Source: an uncultured Pseudomonadota bacterium (GTDB taxonomy: Bacteria > Myxococcota_A > Polyangia > Fen-1088). Taken from it: a DNA stretch of 64,000 bases. The position numbers and the translations under genes are program-made. Below the pieces are notes generated by a model, which was not told where the DNA came from, did not search any database, and saw nothing but the letters and a program-made list of their open reading frames with translations. The stretch covers positions 192,001 to 256,000 of the forward strand of contig CAWKBC010000014.1 of NCBI GenBank assembly GCA_963847705.1. The letters run 5' to 3'. Shown in pieces: positions 28,143 through 37,203 of this stretch (positions are counted from its first letter, which is position 1; every line of letters begins with the position of its first letter).

Positions 28143-29426
28143 ATGGACGGAGCCGGAGGTCGTTTCAGATCGGGGGCCTCGCTCCGGCTCCTGGTGAGGC
28201 GCGACTTCGGGCTGCTGTGGGTGGGCGAGACGATCTCCCAGGTCGGCGACAGCCTCAACCGTGTCGCGCTGCTCTGGTTCGTCTATCAGATCAGCCGCTC
28301 GACGTTGCACACGTCACTGGTCGGCGTCGTCCAGACGCTGCCTCCGTTCTTGCTCGGGCCCTTGATCGGAGCCTATCTCGACAAGCTCCGAAAGCGGCCG
28401 GTGCTGATCGCGGTCAGCCTGGCCCGCGCCCTTCTGGTATCGATGATTCCCCTCCTGCACGCGGCGCACCTGCTCCGGTTCTGGCTGCTCTACCTGATCG
28501 TCCTCATCCTCTCGGTCGTCGGGACCGCCGCCGGCCCCGCTCTGCTGACCGCGGTGCCGCTTCTGGTCGCTCCGGCCGACCTCGCCGCGGCGAACGCGCT
28601 GATCCAGGGCACCGCCACGCTCGGCGTGCTGGTCGGCCCGGCGGTGGCCGGGCTGGGCATCTCCCTCTTCGGCATCTCGAAGGTGCTCTATCTCGACGCC
28701 GCGAGCTTCGTCGCCTTCACGGTGTGCGTCGGGCTGGCGCGCATCCCCGAAGGAGTCTCCGGCCACCGCCTGCCCTGGCGCCTCCGAGAGCTCGCCGATG
28801 ACCTGCGCGCCGGCGTCGTCTTCCTGCTTCGCGGACAGACGGGAATCCTCTCCCTCACGCTGGTCGCCGCGGTCCAGAACTTCGGCGCGAGCGCCTTCAT
28901 CGTTCTCTTGCCCGCCTTCGTCCACGAGGAGTTCCTGGCGGGCTCACTGTGGCTGGGGACGCTCTGGTCGGCGCTGGGCCTGGGCATGCTGCTGGCGACC
29001 CTGTCGATTGCGCTCCTGGGGGCGCATCGCATCTTGAGACTGCTGCGCCTCGCCCTCCTGGCGCTGGTCATCGGCGGCCTGTCGATCGCCGCGCTCCGTT
29101 TCGTCAAGGTGAAGCTGGCGGCCGCTTCCTTGATGGTCCTCATCGGCTGGAGCTCGGCGGCCTTCAACCCGGTGATCATTTCGATTGTTCAGCGCTCCAC
29201 GCCCGTCGAGCTGCGCGCCCGCATCTTGACCACCTTCAACAGCGCGAACATGGCGGCGGTCGCGGCCGGGATGTTGATCTTTGGATGGGCCGCCGAGCAT
29301 GTGAGCAGTGCTGTCACCATGTTCGGAATCGGCGCCGTCCTCCTGCTGAGCGCGGTCGCGCTCGGGACGCTGATGCGCGTCCAGGCCACGCGCCAGCTCG
29401 TCGAGAGACTGGCCGGGCTCCCCTGA
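28143..29426 (+). CDS. MFS transporter (DHA3/EntS-like)
   Basis: RDFGLLWVGETISQVGD, GAYLDKLRKR, about 12 TM helices. Confidence 0.85.
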   Translation: MDGAGGRFRSGASLRLLVRRDFGLLWVGETISQVGDSLNRVALLWFVYQISRSTLHTSLVGVVQTLPPFLLGPLIGAYLDKLRKRPVLIAVSLARALLVSMIPLLHAAHLLRFWLLYLIVLILSVVGTAAGPALLTAVPLLVAPADLAAANALIQGTATLGVLVGPAVAGLGISLFGISKVLYLDAASFVAFTVCVGLARIPEGVSGHRLPWRLRELADDLRAGVVFLLRGQTGILSLTLVAAVQNFGASAFIVLLPAFVHEEFLAGSLWLGTLWSALGLGMLLATLSIALLGAHRILRLLRLALLALVIGGLSIAALRFVKVKLAAASLMVLIGWSSAAFNPVIISIVQRSTPVELRARILTTFNSANMAAVAAGMLIFGWAAEHVSSAVTMFGIGAVLLLSAVALGTLMRVQATRQLVERLAGLP

Positions 29427-29642
29427 CCGAGAGCCGCGCCTCAGGATCGCGCGGAATGTCTGGCCGGGATTTCGGGTTGTGGAGTGTGGATGGTGGGTGT
29501 GCCGCATGCGACGTCGCAGAGGATCGGAGAGCGTATTTTGGCGAGCGGCCGAGTGGTCGGCTGTGATGGTCGCGCTCGGTTGGTTGTTCGTCTGGACGTG
29601 GGCGGAGAACAGACGAAGCGGTCGGGCCTAGGGCCGAAGGTG

Positions 29643-31997
29643 TCAGGCAGCCCGTTCCGCGGTGATGTCATGATGCTCGGCCGCCGCCCGCCAGGCGGGC
29701 AGGAGATCTTTTATCAGCACTTCGTGCCAGGTCGGCGCATGCACCAGCGACCACGCGTGGGCGTCGCGGCCCATCGCCGCCGTCCGTTGGGGGTCGCGCA
29801 GCAACTCGGCCAGTGCCTCCGCCCACGCTCGTGGCGTCACCTCGCGCGCGACAAGCCCCGTCTTGCCCTCGACGACGAACCGCTCGCTCCCGCTGCCCGC
29901 CGTGACCACCAGAGGCAGGCCAGAGCTGGTCGCCTCGAGGACGGCGTTCGACAGCTCCTCGACGACCGCCGGTTGAGCGCAGACGTCTGCGGAGGCGTAG
30001 ACGCGCGCCAGCGTAGCGGGGGCGAGCACGCCCGGGCAGGTGACGCGATCGCCGAGCAGCGCCATCACCTCGTCGCGATCCGCGCCCTTGCCCGCGCAAA
30101 AGAGGTGCAGATCGGCCCCCTCATCGATGAGCTGGCGAACCGCGCGCGCCAGCACGAGCACGTTCTTGATGGCGTCCAGGCGGCCCACGGAGATCACCAC
30201 CCGTCGACCGGACGGGATCCCAAAGGTGGTCGACAGCCAGGCGCGGTCGCGCCGAGACGGGTTGAAGAGATCGCGCTCGATCCCTCGGCGGAGGAGGCCC
30301 ACCCGTTCGGGCCCGAGCAGGGCAGCGAGCCGCGCGCGGTCGTCGGCGCGCGACGCAAGGACGAAGGCGCAGCGGCGGTGGTGGTCGTCGAGCAGGCGTT
30401 GCATGTGCGCCTCGGCGGCCCGGGCGACGGCCCAGCGGTCGAGGAGCAGCCGCGACAGCCGACCCGGACCGGCGAGGTGCTTGACGGTGGCGGCGGTGAA
30501 CACCCGCGTGTAGTAGGGCGTCGAGGTGTGCACCGAGCTGGTGAGGGGAATGCCGTGCCAGCGTGACACCCGCGCGGCCGTGCGTGCCGCAGCGAACGTC
30601 CCGTCGGTGGTGTGGATGACGTCGTAGCCCCGCAGCCGCGACGTCAGCAACGGATTGTGGGGCGCCAGATCGGTGTGGTCAGGGATGTTGGACAGAAACG
30701 GGAGGTGGGCGCTGCTGAACAGCGGCGGATGAATCTGGTAGCGGACATGGGGACCGAGCGGGTGCGTCGCGTTCCGATCGCCCAAAAAATGAACCGTCAG
30801 ATCGATCCCCTCGCCGGCCTCGGCCGCCGCCGCCGCCAGCCGCTCCCAGGTTTTGACGTGACCTCCTGCCGTCGGGCTCCAGTAGAGGTCGACGAGCACG
30901 CCGACACGCAGGCGCGGCGCGCGGCGCATGACCGTCAGGGTCGGCGAGGTGACTGCGCGTTCCACCCGGCGTCTCTCCTTCCTGTAACGCCTCGACCAGA
31001 AGGTAGCGATGGAGTGCCGCTCCGCAATCATCCAGACGATGATGGCCGGGGCGCCGACCAGCAGCTCGCGCCCGCGCTTGACGACCCCCAGCGCCAACGC
31101 CGCCGAACCGGTGACGCCGAAGGCGGCGCCCACGGCCACCAGCGCCCCCTCCTGCACGCCGATGCCGCCTGGGACCACGAACGCCGCGCCCCGCGCCGAC
31201 GCGGCCAGGCTCTCGATGGCCAGCGCCGCCACCCAGCCGATCGGTCGCCCGAGCAAGCGAAGGACCATCCAGGTTTCGAAGATCTGGGCCAGCCAGGCCG
31301 CCAGGTGCCAGATGGCGCTGGTCAGCAGCGCGCGGGGCCGACGCCGGATCGAGCGCAACGACCGATCGATGGCGGCGCCGCCGATCCTCAGCCGGTCCGC
31401 GACGCGGCCGTGCAGGTGCAGGGGCAGCGCCGTGAGCAGCCGCCCCACGCCGACGCGGGCGACCACGATCAGCAGCGCGGCGAAGCCGGCTCCGATAGCG
31501 ATCACCAGCGCCAGCCACCCGAGGTGTCTGCGCGCCGACGCAGCAGACGCGGCGCCGAAGATCAGCGCGGCCGCGCCCAGGAAGGTGAACAGCACCTGGG
31601 TGAAGGCGCCGACGGCGACGTCAGCGACCATCGCCGCGGTCGCCTCGCTGGCCGGAACGCCGCCCGCGGTCAGCAGGCGGGCGCGCGCGAAGTCGCCGCC
31701 CACCTGGGCGGCCGGCAAGAGTGAGTTCACCGCCTCGCCAATCCAACGCAGCCGCAGCGTGGCCGCCCAACCCAGCCGCCGCTTCTCGAGCAACGCCCCC
31801 CAGGCGGCCGCGTTCAGCTCGACCGGAATGATCCGGTACAGCGAGGCAGCCAGCAGCGCCCATCCGCCTCCGGCGCTCAGGATCGTCAGCACGTCGGCCG
31901 TGCGCGACCGAACGGCTATGAAGATCAACAGCGCCAGCCCGAGCAGGCCGCCCAGAGCGACGATCCGGTACTTGCGGGATCTCAGATCCCCGTTCAT
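29643..31997 (-). CDS. HpnL / lysylphosphatidylglycerol-synthase-type flippase domain fused to a GT4 glycosyltransferase
   Basis: WIGEAVNSLLPAAQVGGD and FVVPGGIGVQEG, followed by GT4 motifs VGRL...KN and EELSNAVLEA. Confidence 0.78.
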   Translation of the reverse strand: MNGDLRSRKYRIVALGGLLGLALLIFIAVRSRTADVLTILSAGGGWALLAASLYRIIPVELNAAAWGALLEKRRLGWAATLRLRWIGEAVNSLLPAAQVGGDFARARLLTAGGVPASEATAAMVADVAVGAFTQVLFTFLGAAALIFGAASAASARRHLGWLALVIAIGAGFAALLIVVARVGVGRLLTALPLHLHGRVADRLRIGGAAIDRSLRSIRRRPRALLTSAIWHLAAWLAQIFETWMVLRLLGRPIGWVAALAIESLAASARGAAFVVPGGIGVQEGALVAVGAAFGVTGSAALALGVVKRGRELLVGAPAIIVWMIAERHSIATFWSRRYRKERRRVERAVTSPTLTVMRRAPRLRVGVLVDLYWSPTAGGHVKTWERLAAAAAEAGEGIDLTVHFLGDRNATHPLGPHVRYQIHPPLFSSAHLPFLSNIPDHTDLAPHNPLLTSRLRGYDVIHTTDGTFAAARTAARVSRWHGIPLTSSVHTSTPYYTRVFTAATVKHLAGPGRLSRLLLDRWAVARAAEAHMQRLLDDHHRRCAFVLASRADDRARLAALLGPERVGLLRRGIERDLFNPSRRDRAWLSTTFGIPSGRRVVISVGRLDAIKNVLVLARAVRQLIDEGADLHLFCAGKGADRDEVMALLGDRVTCPGVLAPATLARVYASADVCAQPAVVEELSNAVLEATSSGLPLVVTAGSGSERFVVEGKTGLVAREVTPRAWAEALAELLRDPQRTAAMGRDAHAWSLVHAPTWHEVLIKDLLPAWRAAAEHHDITAERAA

Positions 31998-33172
31998 CAG
32001 TAGGGATACCCGAGCATGACGTAGGCCCTCACGCCTTCGCCGCCGTAGGCCACATCGACCCGACCGAGGATGTCCGGGTGAATCCAGGCGCGCAGACCAG
32101 CTCCCCCCGCGACGCGCACGTGCGACCAGGGCGTCGTTCCATCGCCATAGACTTGACCCACCGAAACGAACGGATCAAACCGCCAGTCGGTCACAACACC
32201 GAAGAGGTGGGTCCGAAACAGCCTCAGGCGTTGTTCGGCCTCGACCTCCCACGCGCCCATGTCGATGAACCGGTCTTCCTGGAACCCGCGAAAGAGGTCC
32301 TCTCCACCGAGGCTCGCCTGGTCGTAGAACGGCACGTCCGTGCCGAAGACCTGCATCCAGTAAATGCGCGCCGCTCCTTGCAAGAACGAAAGCTCGGGTA
32401 CGAGCCCGCGCGCGGTCCAGCCGAGCTGGGCGAAGCGGCCGACGCCGCTGATGCCCTGGGACACGTTGCCGGTGAGCTCCGTCGCGAACCCGGCCGGCGA
32501 GTAGTCGCCGAGCGGGCGCGTGTCGAAGCGGATGGAGAATCCGCCGCGAACGAAGGCCGAGCCGCCGAGCCCGGGCGCGTCGGGGTAGAGGTCCTGGGTC
32601 TCGGGCAAGCCTGAGATGGCGTGCCGCTCCGGGCGATCCCCCCGCACCTCACCGTAGAGCCCCACGTTGAGGTTCGAGGTCACGTTCCACCCGACGCGCG
32701 CGTTCGCCGTCGCGTAGAGCCGTGTGTAGCTCGACTCCCCTGACTCGGGCGTGTCGGGGCCGAGGCCGAAGTATCGGAAGAACAGATTGCGCCGCACGCG
32801 CAGGTCCAGGTTCAGGGTCAGGTGGTGTGGCGTGCGCCGGTCATCGTCGTACTCGAACCAGAGCGAACGATTGATGACCGTGCTCGCCGAGACGATGAAG
32901 TGCCACGACCGCAACAGCGCCAGGTACCGGTAGAAACGAAACGTTCCGGTGAGGTGCGCGGAGCTGTTCCAGCTGACGCTCGGCGCGGTGATGGAGGTGA
33001 CCCAGTCATCCTCCGACCGCATGATAACGGGCAGAAAGCCGTAAGTGTTGCCCTCGTTGGGAGCGGTCGTGTACATCGGCAACGGGAAGAAGCGCGTCCC
33101 GGCCGCGGCCGGCCCGCCCGCCATGGCCAGGCTCGCGGCGAGCAACGCGACCGCGCCACGCCAGGGACTCAC
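31997..33172 (-). CDS. Omp85/BamA-family outer-membrane beta-barrel without POTRA domains
   Basis: Signal peptide, LGG...FRGF (VRGY-like), GAGLR, terminal LGYPY. TGATG overlap with the next gene. Confidence 0.75.
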   Translation of the reverse strand: MSPWRGAVALLAASLAMAGGPAAAGTRFFPLPMYTTAPNEGNTYGFLPVIMRSEDDWVTSITAPSVSWNSSAHLTGTFRFYRYLALLRSWHFIVSASTVINRSLWFEYDDDRRTPHHLTLNLDLRVRRNLFFRYFGLGPDTPESGESSYTRLYATANARVGWNVTSNLNVGLYGEVRGDRPERHAISGLPETQDLYPDAPGLGGSAFVRGGFSIRFDTRPLGDYSPAGFATELTGNVSQGISGVGRFAQLGWTARGLVPELSFLQGAARIYWMQVFGTDVPFYDQASLGGEDLFRGFQEDRFIDMGAWEVEAEQRLRLFRTHLFGVVTDWRFDPFVSVGQVYGDGTTPWSHVRVAGGAGLRAWIHPDILGRVDVAYGGEGVRAYVMLGYPY

Positions 33173-33355
33173 GCCAGTGCCGGCCGCATCGGGTCTGCGG
33201 TTGTGACCCGGTCGCGATCAGTCGGTGCGACCATGGTCTTCGATCCCCGATGCCATACAGTCACCTGGTGTTTTGTCGACCGGGCCCCTCCGTTGAAGGA
33301 CACGGAAGCAGACGTCAACAACGAAGGAGAGGATGGGGACGAAAGGGCGCGCCGG

Positions 33356-33472
33356 AAGACGGCGTCGCCTTCAAGACGGCGTCGCCTTCAAGACGGCGTC
33401 GCCTTCAAGACGGCGTCGCCTTCAAGACGGCGTCGCCTTCAAGACGGCGCCGCCTTCAAGACGACGCCGTCA
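33356..33472. repeat. Intergenic 17-bp tandem repeat (AAGACGGCGTCGCCTTC), 6 copies plus a degenerate partial
   Basis: Five identical units from 33356, a sixth with one substitution, then a partial unit. Confidence 0.95.
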
Positions 33473-34826
33473 CACGACGAGAGCGCTGTCGGTCCTGATC
33501 GCCAGGAGGCTCAGCACCTCCGACGCCGCCCGCAGGCCGCTCACGTACGCCGCCTGCACCGTTTCGGCGATCGTCGATGTGGTGGTGGCCGCGCCCGCCC
33601 AGAACAGCGCCCCGGTGTCGGGAGCGGCGAGGCCGCCCCGGGCCCCACGACCGCCGGGACGCGTGAACGTGTAGCCCCCGCGGGCGAACGGATCCGTGCT
33701 CCAGTCGATGCGGCGGGATCCGAGCAGCAGGCGGCCGGGGTTCACCTTGGGGAAGAGCCGTGCGAGAATCCGCCAGCACGACGGCCACGGCCTCGTCCTC
33801 CGGCAACAGCGAGAGATGGGCGGCCCGCGGACCCGTGCAGTAGGCGGTGAGCACCGCCGGTGCTCGCCGGTCGCTGCCGAGGGATGGCCAGTAGAGAGTG
33901 ACCGGCCCGGCGCCGCAGCTCAAGTTCGTGAGCCAGCTCGGCCAGAAGGGCTCGCTGAAACGGAGGAGGAGCTTCAGGACCGGCCCCATCACGAGATCCG
34001 CAAACGCCCGCCGTTTGCTCTCGGGCAGCTGCGGCACGAACTCGACGGCGCCCGAGGCGAGCACGCCGAGCGGCAGTGTGGCGATGGCGGCGCGTGCGGA
34101 GAGCGTTCGCCCGTCAGCCGCGGCCACGGTCACGCCATCCGGCGCCCAGCGCACGCTCGCGACCGGGAATCGGTGGAGGACGTCGAGCCCGCGCGCGATG
34201 TGGTCCACCAGGCGATCGTAGCCGCTCGTGATGTGATGAAAGGATCCCGTGTAAAGGTCGAGGACCCGATCCTCGAGCAAGCCCAGCACACCAATCTCGT
34301 CGGTGATGCCGGGGAGGTGCGCCGTGAAGACCATCTCCGCCAGCATCCGGCCGCGGCCGCGGTAGCGGTGATGGTCGATGAAGTCGCGCGCGGACATGTC
34401 CGGCGCGCGGGCGCGGGCGAGGTGACGGAGGATCGGGAAAGCGGACCAGGCGCCAGGCTGCAGGAGGAACCACGGCAGCGTGCGGGTGCGCCCCCCGAGG
34501 TTGAACATGCTGCGGAGGGTGAGCGCGCATCTGCGCACGGCCAGCCGCGCGGCGCGGATCTCTGGCCACGTCTCGGCGTTGGCCGTGTGCACGAACTCCG
34601 CGCCCCCCTCCACCGGGTGGTCACAGAAGTCGCGCACCGTGTGCACCCGCCCACCCGTCCGGTCGCGCGCCTCGACCACCGTCACCGAAATCCCCTGGCG
34701 CGCGAGCTCACGCGCTGCCGTCAGGCCGGCCACTCCGGCGCCGATCACCAGCACGTCGTTCGAGGTTTCCCACCGACGACCCCGTCCTGCGAGGCGGGAC
34801 ACACCTTCTGCCCCAGGAAGCTTCAT
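33470..34826 (-). CDS. Flavin-dependent amine oxidase-family oxidoreductase (frameshift near 33767)
   Basis: VIGAGVAGL, EARDRTGGR, GAEFVH. The C-terminal DWSTDPFARGGY...FWAG lies in the 33470-33745 frame. Confidence 0.85.
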
Positions 34827-35118
34827 GTTCGTCTCCCAACCTCGCGCGCGAAGGGACCGCCGCCACGATCCTTTCTACAGTCCTCCGGCGCAGCTCCGAA
34901 TGCCCGCGTCCAGCCCGAAAGGGTCGGTGCGAGGGAGCCACTGTCGAGCAAGCGCCCAACGAGTCGTGACCAGACAGAGCACCAGCAGCGCAAACAACCG
35001 AACCAGGCTCATGACTGCAAGTTGGCGACGTCGGCGTTCGCGGGCAAGCGACCCGCCCGCCAATACAATGGAGGCTGCAGTGATCGCCGTCGCCTCGGGC
35101 CCGACGTCGCTCCGCTCA

Positions 35119-36141
35119 TCATGGGGCGACGACCGACGAGCTCACACGCACCGCGTGGCCCGGGGCGTAGTCGTGCTCGATGAACCAGCTCACGGCGCGT
35201 TCAAACGCCGGCTCGATCGGGCTCTGGGGGAACCCCAGCTCGCGGACCGCCTTGCTGGCGTCGAAGAACATCACCGACTTCGACATCCGCACGCCGTCGA
35301 TCGGAACGCGTGGGTCGCGACCCAACCATCGAGAGACCGGCTCCTCGAGGTGCGCGATGGCCAGCGGAATCCAGTGCGGCAATTTGAGGCGCGGCGGCCG
35401 CCTCCCCGTCAACCGGCCCAGCAGCTCGAGCATCTGCTGGAGGGTGAGGTTCACCGAGCCGAGGATGTAGCTCTGCCCGGGGCGTCCCCGCTCGGCGGCC
35501 AGGAGGTGTCCCAGCGCCACGTCGCGCACGTCGACCAGGTTGAGGCCGGTGTCGACGTAGGCGGGAAGTCGTCCCTTGAGGAAGTCGACCACGATTCTTC
35601 CGGTCGGGGTCGGCCTGGCGTCCCGCTCGCCGATCGGCGTCGACGGGCTCACCACCACGATGGGGAGGCCACGGTCGATCCAGCTCTCCACCTCCCGCTC
35701 GGCCAGGAACTTGCTGCGCTTGTAGTCGCCGACCATGTCCTCGAGCTGCGCCCGGGCGTTCTCGTTGGCGGGCCTGGGGCCCCCGAGCGCGAGCGTTCCG
35801 ACGGAGCTGGTGTAGACAATCCGCCTGACGCCCAGCTCGGCGGCGAGCTCCAGCACGTTTCGCGTACCGTCGACGTTGCTGCGGTAGATCTCGGCGGGAT
35901 CTCGAGCGTAGAGGCGGTAGTCCGCGGCGCAGTGAAACACCAGCTCCGCGCCGGTCATCGCCCGCCGCAGAGACTCCCGGTCGGTGAGATCGCCGACAGC
36001 CCACTCGATCGGCAGATCCTCCAGATCGGCGTGGTGACTGGTCGGCCGGCACAGACAGCAGAGGCTGTCGTTGCGTGCCACGAGAGCGCGCGCCACGTGC
36101 GATCCAATGAACCCCGTCGCCCCGGTCAAAAACACCCGCAT
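35119..36141 (-). CDS. hpnA: Hopanoid-associated sugar epimerase (extended SDR)
   Basis: TGATGFIG, FHCAADYRL, YKRSK, PTPTGRIV, YVDTGLNLVDVRDVA. Confidence 0.85.
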   Translation of the reverse strand: MRVFLTGATGFIGSHVARALVARNDSLCCLCRPTSHHADLEDLPIEWAVGDLTDRESLRRAMTGAELVFHCAADYRLYARDPAEIYRSNVDGTRNVLELAAELGVRRIVYTSSVGTLALGGPRPANENARAQLEDMVGDYKRSKFLAEREVESWIDRGLPIVVVSPSTPIGERDARPTPTGRIVVDFLKGRLPAYVDTGLNLVDVRDVALGHLLAAERGRPGQSYILGSVNLTLQQMLELLGRLTGRRPPRLKLPHWIPLAIAHLEEPVSRWLGRDPRVPIDGVRMSKSVMFFDASKAVRELGFPQSPIEPAFERAVSWFIEHDYAPGHAVRVSSSVVAP

Positions 36142-36220
36142 CGGCGCCACACCCCGTTCCTGGTTAGGTTAAGAACGGGCCCGGACGCGACAACGTACGG
36201 AGATTCTGGATCTGGGAGCG

Positions 36221-37135
36221 TCAGTCGGCGCTCGATGCCCCGAACAGGTCGGAGCTGCGCGGAGCGAGATCACGCGCGACTTCAGCGGCGACCTCGGCGA
36301 CCTCGCTGCGTGACAGCTTTGCGCCCAGGCCCCGCGTCGCCAGGATTCGCAGGTTTGATCGGGCCAGCCCGGCGATGAAGGCGTTGAAGGTGACGAGCCC
36401 TGGCGCCGTTCCGGCGCGGCGCAAGAGCTCGACATACTCTTCGGCCCTGGTCAGAGCTTGGCCGGTCAGCTCGAGCACCGCGTGGAGCTCGACGTCGCTG
36501 GGAACGTAGACGCGCCCTTCCGCCGCATCGCGGGGAGCATCCTTGAGGATGTTCACCAGCTGCAGCCCCTCGCCGAAGCTCGCAGCGCGGTTGCGAAGCT
36601 CCTCTGCAAAAGGGGCCAGCTCGGCCCGGTCGAAGAGGTAGAGCTCGGTCAGCATTTCGCCGACGATTCCGGCGACCGAATAGCAGTAGTCGCGGAGATC
36701 CTCGAGGTCAGACAGGGTGAGCCGGTTTCTCTCGTCGGAGCGCCGGACGAACTGCCGCATGCCGTCGACGCTGCGGATGAGGTGCCGCCGAACGGCCACC
36801 CGGGCGGGGAGCGGCAGCGTGCCGAAGTCACGCAGCACCAGCGGCATCCTTGCCAACAGCTCTCGGTAGCCGGCGTGTTCGAGGGGCGGCTGGCGCAGGC
36901 ACTCGGCGGCCAACCCTTCGGCGGCGGTCGGGTCCTGGTCGAGCAGCTCGACGAAGCGACCGAGGGCCTCCAGCCGACGCTCGCGCGTCCAGAGGACAGC
37001 ATCCTCGAAGGTGTCGGCTATCCGGAACAGCAAGTAGGCGATGCCGACTTGATTGCGCGTTGGTTCAGGCAGGAGCGGGATGGCCAACGCGAAGGTCCGA
37101 CTCGTCCGTTGCAGCAGGTCGTCAATGACTGACAT
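36221..37135 (-). CDS. Squalene synthase-type head-to-head prenyltransferase
   Basis: SRTFALAI, YLLFRIADTFED, YCYSVAGIVG, GLQLVNILKD. Confidence 0.85.
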   Translation of the reverse strand: MSVIDDLLQRTSRTFALAIPLLPEPTRNQVGIAYLLFRIADTFEDAVLWTRERRLEALGRFVELLDQDPTAAEGLAAECLRQPPLEHAGYRELLARMPLVLRDFGTLPLPARVAVRRHLIRSVDGMRQFVRRSDERNRLTLSDLEDLRDYCYSVAGIVGEMLTELYLFDRAELAPFAEELRNRAASFGEGLQLVNILKDAPRDAAEGRVYVPSDVELHAVLELTGQALTRAEEYVELLRRAGTAPGLVTFNAFIAGLARSNLRILATRGLGAKLSRSEVAEVAAEVARDLAPRSSDLFGASSAD

Positions 37136-37203
37136 GGGGAAAAGGCTAAGGCTGCCCTTGCGGAGCACAACCCGAGTGCCCCCTTGTCTGCGATGGGGGC
37201 TCG

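Noticed and set aside
33356-33472. CRISPR array or coding repeat
   Set aside because: Contiguous 17-bp units without spacers. The period is not a multiple of 3, so the ORFs crossing it are low-complexity artefacts.
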